From Bacilli bacterium (lineage in GTDB: Bacteria; Bacillota_I; Bacilli_A; RFN20; CAG-826), in the NCBI GenBank assembly GCA_045628045.1, contig JAZQOV010000014.1, positions 1 through 44,370 on the forward strand: a DNA stretch of 44,370 nt. Direction: 5' to 3'. Position numbers and translations under genes: made by a program. Each line of letters begins with the position of its first letter. The first letter of the stretch is position 1. Below, in pieces: positions 10,784 to 22,088 of this stretch. The notes under the pieces are model-generated. The model saw nothing but the letters and a program-made list of their open reading frames with translations, had not been told where the DNA came from and made no database searches.

Positions 10784-11187
10784 TATTTAAGATCGTCTTC
10801 TGAGAATGCGTATGGTAAAAGTTCAGCAATTGTTGTTTCTTTTACTGCACCTTTTAAATTTGACATATAAATAGGAGCATCTTTTGGGAAAAGTTCGCTA
10901 ATAACTTGTCTACATGCTCCGCATGGTGAACATGGTTCGTCTGTATCTGCAGAAAGTGCTAAAGCAACCATATCTTCTTTTTTAACACCATGAAGTTTTG
11001 CATTATAAAGTGCGTTTCTTTCTGCACACATGCAAAGTGGATATGAAGAGTTTTCAATATTTGCTCCGACATAAACACTGCCGTCTTTACATAGTAAAGC
11101 GGCGCCAACTGCAAAATGTGAATATGGAGAATATGATAACTTTCTAGCTTCTTTAGCTTTTTCAATAAGTTCTTGTGAATTCATCAT
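10783..11187 (-). CDS. cdd: Cytidine deaminase (homotetrameric type)
   Basis: YSPYSHF, NIEN, CAERNA, PCGACRQ, ELLPYAF. Confidence 0.95.
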   Translation of the reverse strand: MMNSQELIEKAKEARKLSYSPYSHFAVGAALLCKDGSVYVGANIENSSYPLCMCAERNALYNAKLHGVKKEDMVALALSADTDEPCSPCGACRQVISELFPKDAPIYMSNLKGAVKETTIAELLPYAFSEDDLK

Positions 11188-11630
11188 TTTAGACCTCCTA
11201 AAATTTTATCTTGTAATCCAAACATTACTTTTTCGTCTTCTACTTTCATGTGATCAAAGCCTAAAAGATGTAACATTCCGTGCACAAACAAGAAATTGAT
11301 TTCTCTCTCAAGAGAATGTCCGTATTCTTTTGCTTGTTCTTCAGCTTTTTCATATGAAATAATGATTTGTCCTAACGAAATTGGTCCACCTTTTAGATTT
11401 CTTTCGGATTCTTCATCAAGGAAAGCAAAGCTTATAACATCTGTTGGTCTATCAACATTACGATATTCTTTATTGATTTTGTGTATCGTTTTGTTGTCAA
11501 CAATTGTTACATCTGTTAAATATTCACCTTTAAGTTTAAGTTCTTTAAAGATTTTAACGCAGTATTCGTTAAAGCTTTTTTCAAAGTCGTTAAACTTTCT
11601 TGGTCCTTGATTAACAAAGTCTATAACCAT
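11184..11630 (-). CDS. ybeY: rRNA maturation factor YbeY
   Basis: RNVDRPTDVISF and HGMLHLLGFDH zinc motif. Confidence 0.95.
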   Translation of the reverse strand: MVIDFVNQGPRKFNDFEKSFNEYCVKIFKELKLKGEYLTDVTIVDNKTIHKINKEYRNVDRPTDVISFAFLDEESERNLKGGPISLGQIIISYEKAEEQAKEYGHSLEREINFLFVHGMLHLLGFDHMKVEDEKVMFGLQDKILGGLK

Positions 11631-11674
11631 AATTTCGTGGGAAAGTATTATAACACACTTTAATAGTGTGTCAC

Positions 11675-12847
11675 TTATAAATTACAAGAATCGAAAAATC
11701 TGCATTTTTCTTTTTGAATTTCTTTCCTTAAGGAAAGACCATCAACAATTTGGTTGTAAGCACTGAAACCTGCAAAATACATTACGAAATGGAATATAAC
11801 ATAGTTACAACCAATATTTCCGGTTGCAAACATCATAATTAAGGCGAACAAAAATGTTGCGAAAATATAGAAAATATCTTTTACAGAATTATTGAAAATA
11901 TGACCATCAGCTTTTATATTTGCTTCAAGTGCTAAGTCTTTTGTGTTTGCGGTTTCTTTAAAACATTTGCTTTCTAATTCAGCAATTACGTTTCTGCGAT
12001 CTTCCTCACGCCTTGAAAATAATGTTTTTTCAGTAAGCTTTAATAATACTAGAGCAATCAAAATTAGAATATTTTTGAAATCATTTAAACATAATAAAAA
12101 TGTGATGATTAATCCTGTTAAAAGTGATGCTAAAAATGATCTGCTATATGTGAAAAATGTTCGTTTATAATAAGCATATTTTTCATACATATTTTTATTA
12201 CAGTTTTTCTTTAAACCAAAGTAACGTGGGATGAATTCTTTGTCAAAATTATAAATTTGTTTATAAAGTATAACTTTTTCTATTACTTGGAAGAACATAA
12301 ACATGAACAAAAAGAATAACGAATAAACGTAATTTTCGGCCTTGTTTAATAAGAAAAATGTACCAGCTAAAATGATAGACGAAAGGATACTGGAAATTGT
12401 TTCTAATATCTTAAGATTTTTTGGCACAATTCTACGTCTAGTTTTTGGAATTTTAGTTACGCATTCTGGATAGTCCGTATATAAAGTAACGCATCTCCAT
12501 CGTCTCAGGAATTCATCTTTAGACATCTTCACAATCCCTTTTCCTGGATCATAAAGAACAATTCTCCTATTGTTTTGTTTTTTAACCATAACTACATGAT
12601 TTTCATCAATAAGAACTAAAGATGGATTCTCTAGTTCGATATAACTTTCTTTTGAACATCCATAGCATTCAAGCGGAACCCCGTATTCCTTACTTATGCG
12701 CGCGAGATCATTTAAATTATATCTTTCTCTCTTTTTGGGCTTAGGAATATGAAGATACGATTTGTCTTTTGAAATTGTTGCTAAAAACATCTTCAAAGAT
12801 GCAAAACCACAATCGTGATCGTTTCCTTGGAAAATAAAGTATTTCAT
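11675..12847 (-). CDS. C39-family cysteine peptidase fused to a ~6-TM membrane domain, with no ABC ATPase domain
   Basis: Q7-xxxx-D-C13-G, H84 (NHVVMV), D100 (YDPGKG), EFLRRW, then about six hydrophobic segments. No Walker A or LSGGQ. AGGAGG RBS at 12859-12854. Confidence 0.8.
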   Translation of the reverse strand: MKYFIFQGNDHDCGFASLKMFLATISKDKSYLHIPKPKKRERYNLNDLARISKEYGVPLECYGCSKESYIELENPSLVLIDENHVVMVKKQNNRRIVLYDPGKGIVKMSKDEFLRRWRCVTLYTDYPECVTKIPKTRRRIVPKNLKILETISSILSSIILAGTFFLLNKAENYVYSLFFLFMFMFFQVIEKVILYKQIYNFDKEFIPRYFGLKKNCNKNMYEKYAYYKRTFFTYSRSFLASLLTGLIITFLLCLNDFKNILILIALVLLKLTEKTLFSRREEDRRNVIAELESKCFKETANTKDLALEANIKADGHIFNNSVKDIFYIFATFLFALIMMFATGNIGCNYVIFHFVMYFAGFSAYNQIVDGLSLRKEIQKEKCRFFDSCNL

Positions 12848-12861
12848 AACAGTCCTCCTAT

Positions 12862-12896
12862 ATACTAATTAGAGATTTTTTGGAGAAAATGTTAAT
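12862..12896 (-). promoter_or_regulatory. Bipartite promoter-like motif (putative alternative-sigma promoter), copy 1
   Basis: Minus strand ATTAACATTTT-N10-TCTCTAATTAGTAT, 2 nt before the RBS. Identical half-sites and spacing at 35235-35269. Confidence 0.75.
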
Positions 12897-12900
12897 CAAC

Positions 12901-12926
12901 AAAAAAAGGAACCTATAAGGTTCCTT
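12901..12926 (-). terminator. Intrinsic terminator after rpsU
   Basis: AAGGAACCT-ata-AGGTTCCTT stem with a U-tract on the minus strand. Confidence 0.8.
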
Positions 12927-12944
12927 AATTTTTACTATTTTTTA

Positions 12945-13118
12945 TTAATAGGTTTTGCGACGAGCCATCTCGGATTTCATTTTTCTCTTCAATCCTTTTT
13001 TGAGATAGAACTCTCTTTTACGTGCTTCAAGAAGAACACCAGATTTGTTGACTTGTCTTTTGAAACGACGAAGAGCTTCGTCTAATTGTTCATTTTCGCG
13101 AACGACAATTTTTGGCAT
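12945..13118 (-). CDS. rpsU: 30S ribosomal protein S21 (57 aa, missed by the ORF track)
   Basis: Translates [57 protein letters not shown]; AAGGAAG RBS. Confidence 0.95.
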   Translation of the reverse strand: MPKIVVRENEQLDEALRRFKRQVNKSGVLLEARKREFYLKKGLKRKMKSEMARRKTY

Positions 13119-13159
13119 ATTTTTTTCACTTCCTTTCGTACGTAACGGGAATAATTATA

Positions 13160-13804
13160 TTATTCTCCTTTGACAATTGCAACACCACATGATGCGCCAA
13201 TACGTGTTGCACCAGCTTTAATCATTGCTTCAGCTTCTTCTTTTGAATGAATTCCGCCGCTTGCTTTGACACCAATTTCTGGTCCAACAGCTTTACGCAT
13301 TAATGCTACTGCTTCAACTGTTGCTCCACCTTTTGAGAAACCTGTTGAGGTTTTAACAAATTGAGCTCCACCTCTAACACATGCTTTTGAGCATTCAGTA
13401 ATTTCTTCAGGTGTTAATAAGCATGTTTCGAGTATTACTTTTAGTAATACTTTACCGCAAGCCTTTTTAACCATTCTTACTTCGTCTTCGATGTAAGCAT
13501 AGTTGTGTTCTTTAGCCATAGAGTCATTTAAGACCATATCGACTTCTCTAGCACCAGCTTTGATAGCTAATTTAGCTTCAATAGCTTTGCTTTTTGGTAA
13601 TGTTGCTCCTAATGGGAAACCAACGACTGTACAAACTTTGACATCTGTGCCTTTAAGTTCTTTTGCAGCAAGAGGTACAAAGCCTGGGTTAACGCATACG
13701 GATGCAAAATGAAATTCTTTTGCTTCTTCACATAATTTAACAATTGCTTCTGAAGAAGCGTCTTGTTTAAGAAGAGTGTGATCAATCATTCTTGCGATTT
13801 CCAT
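13160..13804 (-). CDS. deoC: Deoxyribose-phosphate aldolase
   Basis: [44 protein letters not shown]. Confidence 0.97.
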   Translation of the reverse strand: MEIARMIDHTLLKQDASSEAIVKLCEEAKEFHFASVCVNPGFVPLAAKELKGTDVKVCTVVGFPLGATLPKSKAIEAKLAIKAGAREVDMVLNDSMAKEHNYAYIEDEVRMVKKACGKVLLKVILETCLLTPEEITECSKACVRGGAQFVKTSTGFSKGGATVEAVALMRKAVGPEIGVKASGGIHSKEEAEAMIKAGATRIGASCGVAIVKGE

Positions 13805-13832
13805 AAGTTACTCCTTATTAATCAGAGATTAA

Positions 13833-14033
13833 TTATTTATCTTCTGCTGGTTTTTCAGCTTTCTTTGCAACTACAGATCTGCCGTTATAATAACCGCATT
13901 TTGGGCAAACATTGTGTGCCTTAATCATTGCGCCGCAATTTGGGCATTTAACAAGTCCTTTGACTGCGAGTTTGAAATGAGTTCTTCTCATTCTTTTTGC
14001 TGTCTTGGACGTTCTTCTTTGTGGGACTGCCAT
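13833..14033 (-). CDS. rpmF: 50S ribosomal protein L32 (zinc-binding form)
   Basis: [28 protein letters not shown]. Confidence 0.96.
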   Translation of the reverse strand: MAVPQRRTSKTAKRMRRTHFKLAVKGLVKCPNCGAMIKAHNVCPKCGYYNGRSVVAKKAEKPAEDK

Positions 14034-14134
14034 AGGTAAATCCTCCTTATAACCGCTAAAAATTATATAGAAATATAAATTTTATTCAATACATTTCCAT
14101 ACTATGTACAAAAAATAATTAAAAAATTCCGAAT

Positions 14135-15382
14135 TTATCGAACTTTAATTTTGTGAATTTGTCCAATGAATTTATCAGGTAAATCGGCCTCTAATTTTAA
14201 ATAATTAGATGTAAAACCACTTAATAAACCACTTGTTTTGTTTCTTTCTTCTAAGATAACTTCTAGTTCTTTGCCTTTAAATTGTTGAAGATATTTTTTA
14301 TTTAATTCATTTGATAATTCAATTAATTTACTAACTCTTTCAGACTTAATTTTAGGGGAAATTTGATCCTTCATTTCAGCAGCTTTTGTGCCTTCTCGCG
14401 CCGAAAATGGAAAGACGTGTAATTCTGAAAAACCAACCTTCTTTATGAAATTATAAGTTTCTTCAAATTCATCATTAGTTTCGCCAGGAAAACCTACTAT
14501 TACGTCAGTTGTAATCGCAATATCAGGTCTTACTTCTCTGATTCTATTAACTTTGTTAATAAAATCATTAACATTATATTTTCTGCACATGCGTTTTAAT
14601 ACACTTGGCGAACCACTTTGTAGAGGCATGTGTAAATGATTTGCTATTTGTGGATATTTCTTAAGTAATTCTATAAATTTATCATCAATTTCGCTTTCTT
14701 CGATTGAGGAAATACGTAAACGATAAAGATTTGGGATGTTACAAATTTCTTCAACTAAGGAAGAAAATGAAGTTCCATTGTTATCAAGTCCATAATGCGC
14801 CGTGTGAATTCCAGTCAAAACAATTTCCTTAAAACCGTGGTTCACTAAGGTGGTTATTTCATCAATGACTTCTTCCTTATCTCTTGAGCGAGCAACTCCA
14901 CGTGTGTATGGAATTGTGCAATATGAACAAAAATTATTGCAGCCATCTTCGACTTTTACATAAGCTCTTGTTGAATTTGGAATTGCAATTGTCCCGAATG
15001 ATTCATATTTAAATTCTCTAGGATTTTTATCAATGGCAATAATTTGCTTTTTATCTTTGATAAATTGTTTAACAAAATTCACTATTTTATTACGATTTGA
15101 AGTCCCGACAATTATGTCTGCACCGCATTCTTTTTTAATGTATTCCGCATTCTTTTGAGCGTAACATCCCATAACGCAAAGGATAGCGTTTGGTTTATTT
15201 CTCTTTTCTCTTCTTATAATTTGACGAGATTTTTGATCTGCAACTGCGGTAACCGAACAGGTGTTAATTATGGTGATATCTTGAGAATCCTCTTCTTTAA
15301 ATCCATTTAACAAAAATAGCTCCTTAAGAGCTTTATTTTCATATGAATTTACTTTACATCCAAGTGAAATTAATTTAATCAT
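14135..15382 (-). CDS. mtaB: tRNA t6A37 methylthiotransferase
   Basis: LGCKVN, NTCSVT, GCYAQ, radical SAM CNNFCSYC, HVFPFSAREGT; follows rsmE. Confidence 0.92.
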   Translation of the reverse strand: MIKLISLGCKVNSYENKALKELFLLNGFKEEDSQDITIINTCSVTAVADQKSRQIIRREKRNKPNAILCVMGCYAQKNAEYIKKECGADIIVGTSNRNKIVNFVKQFIKDKKQIIAIDKNPREFKYESFGTIAIPNSTRAYVKVEDGCNNFCSYCTIPYTRGVARSRDKEEVIDEITTLVNHGFKEIVLTGIHTAHYGLDNNGTSFSSLVEEICNIPNLYRLRISSIEESEIDDKFIELLKKYPQIANHLHMPLQSGSPSVLKRMCRKYNVNDFINKVNRIREVRPDIAITTDVIVGFPGETNDEFEETYNFIKKVGFSELHVFPFSAREGTKAAEMKDQISPKIKSERVSKLIELSNELNKKYLQQFKGKELEVILEERNKTSGLLSGFTSNYLKLEADLPDKFIGQIHKIKVR

Positions 15383-16098
15383 TTTCTTTCCAAGAAATTT
15401 GCGATTACGCTTAAAGCGTAAAATGATGCTGTTTCAGCTCGCAAAATTCTTCTTCCTAAACTAATCTTCTTAAATCCTAAATCCTCGGCAATATCAACTT
15501 CTTTTGTGCTAAAGCCGCCTTCTGGTCCAATAAGGACAGCAATACTTTGCTTTGGTTTAATTGATTCAACAATTTTTGTGAATGAAATTGAAGGACCTTC
15601 TTCGCCTTCATAAGCAATCATTTTTATATCGGCATCTATACTTTTAATTCTGTCATATTTAACGACTAAATCTAAACGAGGAATGCGTGATCTTTTTGAT
15701 TGTTCTGCTGCTTCTTTTAATATTTTATTAAATCTTTCAATTTTAACTTCTTTTTCTTCAGGTTTAATTTTGACAACTGAACGTTCTGTTTGCACTAAAA
15801 CAATTTCGTCAACACCAAGTTCAGTAGCTTTTTGTAAAACTAAATCCATTTTTTCACCTTTTATTAATGAAGCAATTAAGATGACTCTATTTGAAAGCTC
15901 GTTATTTTCCTTAACTTTGTTAAGAACTTCGATTTGCAAAGGCTTAAAACGGTTTACTTGGCAAAGAAAAACAACCCCATCAGCGACAACTTCTATTTTT
16001 TCACCAACTCTTGCCCTCATGACACGAGTTAAATGAAAAACATCATCATCGTCTAGGATTGCTTGAGATCCTATGATTCTTCCAAAATATCTTTGCAT
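15379..16098 (-). CDS. rsmE: 16S rRNA m3U1498 methyltransferase
   Basis: HLTRVMR, QKATELGV, EAAEQS, IGPEGGF, LGRRILRAETA. Confidence 0.96.
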   Translation of the reverse strand: MQRYFGRIIGSQAILDDDDVFHLTRVMRARVGEKIEVVADGVVFLCQVNRFKPLQIEVLNKVKENNELSNRVILIASLIKGEKMDLVLQKATELGVDEIVLVQTERSVVKIKPEEKEVKIERFNKILKEAAEQSKRSRIPRLDLVVKYDRIKSIDADIKMIAYEGEEGPSISFTKIVESIKPKQSIAVLIGPEGGFSTKEVDIAEDLGFKKISLGRRILRAETASFYALSVIANFLERK

Positions 16099-16535
16099 TA
16101 TTCCAAAAATTCTCCATGAGAATCTTGCACGTTATGTTTTGTTAAATAAATGTATGCACTAAAAAGTGAATAAACTTCTGTCACAAAGTAAGGTATTAAA
16201 TAAGCAAATGGTGACTTCCAGCTAACAGCAAAGAAAATAATTGATCCAATTCCGGCTATAAGGAATAAACAAACACCTAGAGTTATTAAACCTTTTTTAT
16301 ATTTACCTAAGTAAATATGATGAGCTCCTAAGAAACCGAAAATAGCTGCTAAAATTGCAGCAATTATTCTCTTATGATGTTTAATTTTAACTGGATGATC
16401 GAGTTGATTAATGACTTTTGTCACGTCTTGAGTTGATGTATCTGTGCCTTCAAGAGGTCTTACTCCACCACAAAAAGGGCAGATTTCTTTATCTAACCTT
16501 GAAATTACTTCGTGACAATATTTGCATTTAGCCAT
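16098..16535 (-). CDS. TM2-domain membrane protein with N-terminal zinc ribbon
   Basis: CKYC...CPFC followed by the TM2 signature AILAAIFGFLGAHHIYLGK and further TM helices. Confidence 0.75.
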   Translation of the reverse strand: MAKCKYCHEVISRLDKEICPFCGGVRPLEGTDTSTQDVTKVINQLDHPVKIKHHKRIIAAILAAIFGFLGAHHIYLGKYKKGLITLGVCLFLIAGIGSIIFFAVSWKSPFAYLIPYFVTEVYSLFSAYIYLTKHNVQDSHGEFLE

Positions 16536-16540
16536 TTTGA

Positions 16541-16999
16541 TTAATAATTTGTTTTATCAGCGATATTTTTATATTCGTTATAAAGTTTTAGGCAAGCTTT
16601 ACGATCAAGTTCAAAAACCATTTTTTCTCTGCCACCATTTTCATTGAATTCATAGAAAATTTTATCTCTAAAACCAATGTCTTCGGTATCAACAATATTA
16701 CATCCGTAATATACTTTCTCAATATTAGCCCAAAGGATAGCGGCCATGCACATTGGGCAAGGTTCTCCAGTTGTGTAAAGTTCACAACCACTTAAATCAA
16801 ATGTTCCGAGCTTCTTACAAGCTTTGTGAATTGCCATCATTTCACCATGACAAGTTGGATCATTGTTTTTTACAACTTCATTGTGTCCTTTTCCAATAAC
16901 TTCACCATTCTTAACAATAACTGCGCCAAAAGGTCCACCGTGTCCGTGACGGATTCCTTTACGAGCTTCAAGAATAGCCATGTGCATAAATTTGTTCAT
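16541..16999 (-). CDS. guaD: Guanine/nucleoside deaminase (CDA fold, GuaD-like)
   Basis: GGPFGAVIV, DPTCHGEM, EPCPMC, AILWA. Confidence 0.8.
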   Translation of the reverse strand: MNKFMHMAILEARKGIRHGHGGPFGAVIVKNGEVIGKGHNEVVKNNDPTCHGEMMAIHKACKKLGTFDLSGCELYTTGEPCPMCMAAILWANIEKVYYGCNIVDTEDIGFRDKIFYEFNENGGREKMVFELDRKACLKLYNEYKNIADKTNY

Positions 17000-17088
17000 A
17001 TTACTTACCTCAACATTATTTTACCGAATATAAATAAATTTATAAAGAGAAAAAAATATAAAATTGCTAAAAGCAAAAATTTGTAAAT

Positions 17089-17114
17089 AAAAAGGCCACT
17101 ATTTATTGGCCTTT
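17089..17114 (-). terminator. Intrinsic terminator after amidohydrolase
   Basis: AAAGGCCA...TGGCCTTT stem with a U-tract on the minus strand. Confidence 0.7.
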
Positions 17115-17133
17115 AATATTAAATATTAATAAG

Positions 17134-18414
17134 TTACAAATTAATTGAATTTAAAAGATGTTCAGTTTCTTCGATTTTCTTTATTTTTTTATGAAAAATT
17201 CTTCCTTCTTTCATAACAAAATAAGGATTTGCGAGGCTGTTTAGGTCTTTAATTGGATTACTAAGCAACACAATTAAGTCTGCGTATTTTCCTTTTTCAA
17301 TGCTTCCGGTTATTTTATCAATCCCGGCAATTTCTGCATTTTTTAAAGTTGCTAAATGAATTGCAAGTTCTGGAGTTGCGCCTTTAATAAATTTATTAAA
17401 ATAAACAAGTTCTCGATAAAAATTATAATGGGTTACATTAGGGCAACCTGTGTCTGCTCCAAGCCCAACATTAATGCCTAATTTTAGACATTGTTCAATA
17501 TTTGAAATCATGGATTTCATAAAAGAAACTGTATTGAATTGAGCAGCTTCTCCATAACCCATTATTTCAGGATCAATATATGCAAATGGAACTGCTGGAG
17601 AAAGCGTTATTATACATGAACCATTTTTCTTTTTAAGTTCAAATAAAAGTTCATCAGTTGTCTCTGCTGAGTGTTCGATTGAATCAACACCATTTTCAAT
17701 GGCAACCTTCATTCCTTCGCTTCCTTCAATATGAGCAGCAACAAGTTTTCCGTTTTTATGTGCGTATTCTGTAACAGCTTTTACAAGTTCAGGATTCATT
17801 TTTAAAACACCAAATTTACCTTTTTCACCAGAGTCAATAATGCCACCTGTAATCATTAATTTTAAAATGTCTGCACCATCTTCAATTTGTTTCTTTGCTA
17901 AAGCAACCGCTTCTTCAGGAGTGCTAATTCCTTTAGCTACAGTTCCATCCATATGGCCACCAACAACGCCTATTGCGGTGTTTGCGACAATCATTCTTGG
18001 CCCTATTTTTTTACCTTTGCTAATTTTGTCTTTTAAAATTGAATCGATATCACCAATTCCACCAACAGTTCTTATTGTTGTAACTCCGGAATAAAGTGCT
18101 TTTTTAACATTTGAGTGACAAATAGAAAGACCAATTTGCTTAGTAATTGGGTTTGATAAAATAAATTTTACTAATTTTGATTGATCCCCTAATTTCTTTT
18201 TAGAAACTTTACCTGATGAAGGAGTGTGGACATGCATATTGATAAGACCAGGCATAACATATTTTCCGGTCAAATCTATAACTTTTCCACAGAGTGGAAT
18301 ATTGTCTCCAATTTCCACTATTTTTCCATCAGAAATTAAAATATCTTTTTTTGAAATAGGTGAATTTAATTTGCCATCAATTATATTGACATTTTTTAGT
18401 AAAATAGTTTTCAT
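17134..18414 (-). CDS. Metal-dependent amidohydrolase (prolidase/dipeptidase-like subgroup)
   Basis: PGLINMHVH, GVTTIR, LKLMITGG, VAAH, IEH, GADTG, GSIEKGKYADL. Substrate not determinable from sequence. Confidence 0.85.
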   Translation of the reverse strand: MKTILLKNVNIIDGKLNSPISKKDILISDGKIVEIGDNIPLCGKVIDLTGKYVMPGLINMHVHTPSSGKVSKKKLGDQSKLVKFILSNPITKQIGLSICHSNVKKALYSGVTTIRTVGGIGDIDSILKDKISKGKKIGPRMIVANTAIGVVGGHMDGTVAKGISTPEEAVALAKKQIEDGADILKLMITGGIIDSGEKGKFGVLKMNPELVKAVTEYAHKNGKLVAAHIEGSEGMKVAIENGVDSIEHSAETTDELLFELKKKNGSCIITLSPAVPFAYIDPEIMGYGEAAQFNTVSFMKSMISNIEQCLKLGINVGLGADTGCPNVTHYNFYRELVYFNKFIKGATPELAIHLATLKNAEIAGIDKITGSIEKGKYADLIVLLSNPIKDLNSLANPYFVMKEGRIFHKKIKKIEETEHLLNSINL

Positions 18415-18429
18415 TAATAAAATAATAAC

Positions 18430-18459
18430 AAAAAAAATCCGATTTTATAAACCGGATTT
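18430..18459 (-). terminator. Intrinsic terminator after dnaJ
   Basis: AAATCCG...CGGATTT stem plus U-tract. Confidence 0.7.
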
Positions 18460-18464
18460 AAATG

Positions 18465-19607
18465 TTATTTTTTGAATGATTTGATGAATTTATCAAAGAT
18501 AGATTCGTCTTTTCCCTCAGATTTTCTATATTCTTCGAGAAGTTTCTTTTGCTCTTTACTGAGTTTTGTAGGAGTTTTTATCTGAATGTGAATATATTCA
18601 TCTCCAGGAGTACCTTTTCTCATATCTTTAATACCACGTCCTTTTAAACGAAGTATTTGATTTGGTTGAGTTCCCGCAGGAATTTCGACTTCGCATTCAC
18701 CATAGACTGTTGGAATATCAACTTTTTTACCAAGAGTTGCATCCACAAAGCTTATTGGAACATCGATATGAATGTCATTGCCTTCACGTTTGAAGAATTC
18801 GTGTGGCACAAGAACAATTTCTAAATATAAATCGCCATTTGGTCCACCATTTATACCGTGTTCACCTTTGCCTCTGACAACAATCTGTTGTCCGGCATTG
18901 ATTCCTGCTGGAATATTAACTTCCATATCACGTTTAATGTGGGTGTAACCTTTGCCACCACATTCTGGACATTTATCAGTAATAATCTTCCCTGATCCGC
19001 CACAATCTGGACAAACTTGCTGAGAATCCATTACACCAAATAATGTTCTTTGTTGAACGTTGATATAACCTCTTCCTCCACAATGTGGACATGTTTTTAT
19101 AGAAGAAGGATCTTTAGCGCCTGTTCCGCCACACTTTTTACAAGGCTCATCATAACTTACAGGAACTAAAACTTTCTTGCCTAGAATTGCGTCCATAAAT
19201 TGAACACGAATTCTTTGTAAAACGTCTTCTCCTCTTTGAGGACCTACGTTGGCACGACGTTGACTTGAACGTCCGCCACCAAAGAATGAATTAAAAATAT
19301 CGCCTAAATCAACACCGCCAAAACCTTGAGAACCAAAACCTGCACCACTGAATGGATTTCCAGCGCCACCTGTTGAGGCACCTTGTTCAAATGCTGCCAT
19401 ACCAAATTGGTCATACATTTGACGCTTTTTATCATCACCTAAAACATCCCAAGCTTCTTGAACTTCTTTAAATTTTTCTTCAGCGCCTGGTTCTTTATTT
19501 ATATCTGGGTGATATTTCTTAGCAAGTTTACGATAGGCTGATTTAATTTCATCTTTTGAAGCTGATTTATTTACGCCTAAGACTTCATAGAAATCTCTTT
19601 TTGCCAT
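18465..19607 (-). CDS. dnaJ: Chaperone DnaJ
   Basis: J domain with HPD, G/F region, four CxxCxGxG repeats. Confidence 0.98.
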   Translation of the reverse strand: MAKRDFYEVLGVNKSASKDEIKSAYRKLAKKYHPDINKEPGAEEKFKEVQEAWDVLGDDKKRQMYDQFGMAAFEQGASTGGAGNPFSGAGFGSQGFGGVDLGDIFNSFFGGGRSSQRRANVGPQRGEDVLQRIRVQFMDAILGKKVLVPVSYDEPCKKCGGTGAKDPSSIKTCPHCGGRGYINVQQRTLFGVMDSQQVCPDCGGSGKIITDKCPECGGKGYTHIKRDMEVNIPAGINAGQQIVVRGKGEHGINGGPNGDLYLEIVLVPHEFFKREGNDIHIDVPISFVDATLGKKVDIPTVYGECEVEIPAGTQPNQILRLKGRGIKDMRKGTPGDEYIHIQIKTPTKLSKEQKKLLEEYRKSEGKDESIFDKFIKSFKK

Positions 19608-19631
19608 AGTTCTCTCCTTTCATTAGCATAA

Positions 19632-19656
19632 AGCGAGGGGCTAAAGCCCCTACGCT
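19632..19656 (-). terminator. Stem-loop between dnaK and dnaJ (partial terminator or stabiliser)
   Basis: AGCG-AGGGGCT-aa-AGCCCCT-a-CGCT hairpin with a short U run. Confidence 0.6.
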
Positions 19657-19674
19657 CTAAATTTGAAGTGTTGA

Positions 19675-21501
<1,827 letters not shown>

Positions 21502-21512
21502 TTATTTTCCTC

Positions 21513-22088
21513 CTATGCATCCACTTTTTCGGATGATTCGTTTTGTTCTGGTTTTTGTTCGTCTTTTTTGTCTGTGGAGACTACCACGATTGAAGGTCTT
21601 ATTAACCTGTCATGAAGTTTATAACCACAAGTGTTCACTTTAAGAACTCTATTTGGTTTTCCTTCATCATATTTAACTTCTAGAGCAGACATTGTATTTG
21701 GATCAAATACATCGCCTACTTTTGGAGATATTTCGCTTACTCCTTCGTTTTCAAGAACACTTACCATATTTCTGTAAATGAACTCAAATCCAGTTAAGAA
21801 GTTCTTTAATTCCGGTGTATTTGCTTGGCAATTTAACGCCATATGGAATCCGTCTAAGATTGGAAGTAAGTTTTCAATGAACCCTGCTGCACGATATTTA
21901 AGAACATCCTTATGATCTTTTTCGATCGCGTCTCTTAAGTTTTTCATATCGGCGTATGCACGGAAGTATTCATTTTTCCAATGCTCGCAATCAGCGGTAA
22001 GCTTTTCAATCTTTTCTTTGGCTTTAGTTTCTTCCTTGACCTTGCTTTGTTTTTGTTCCGCTTGGTTTTGTTTGTTTTCTTCCTTCAC
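21513..22088 (-). CDS. grpE: Nucleotide exchange factor GrpE
   Basis: RAYADMKN, LLPILD, FDPN, GYKLHDRLIRP; GTG start after GGAG. Confidence 0.93.
   Translation of the reverse strand: MKEENKQNQAEQKQSKVKEETKAKEKIEKLTADCEHWKNEYFRAYADMKNLRDAIEKDHKDVLKYRAAGFIENLLPILDGFHMALNCQANTPELKNFLTGFEFIYRNMVSVLENEGVSEISPKVGDVFDPNTMSALEVKYDEGKPNRVLKVNTCGYKLHDRLIRPSIVVVSTDKKDEQKPEQNESSEKVDA

Noticed and set aside
11184-15381. Genetic code 4 (TGA=Trp) as in mycoplasmas
   Set aside because: TGA terminates ybeY and rsmE in ATGA overlaps, and conserved Trp residues are encoded by TGG.
17000-17133. Purine riboswitch upstream of guaD
   Set aside because: No aptamer consensus; the -10 box lies about 18 nt from the ATG, leaving no room for one.
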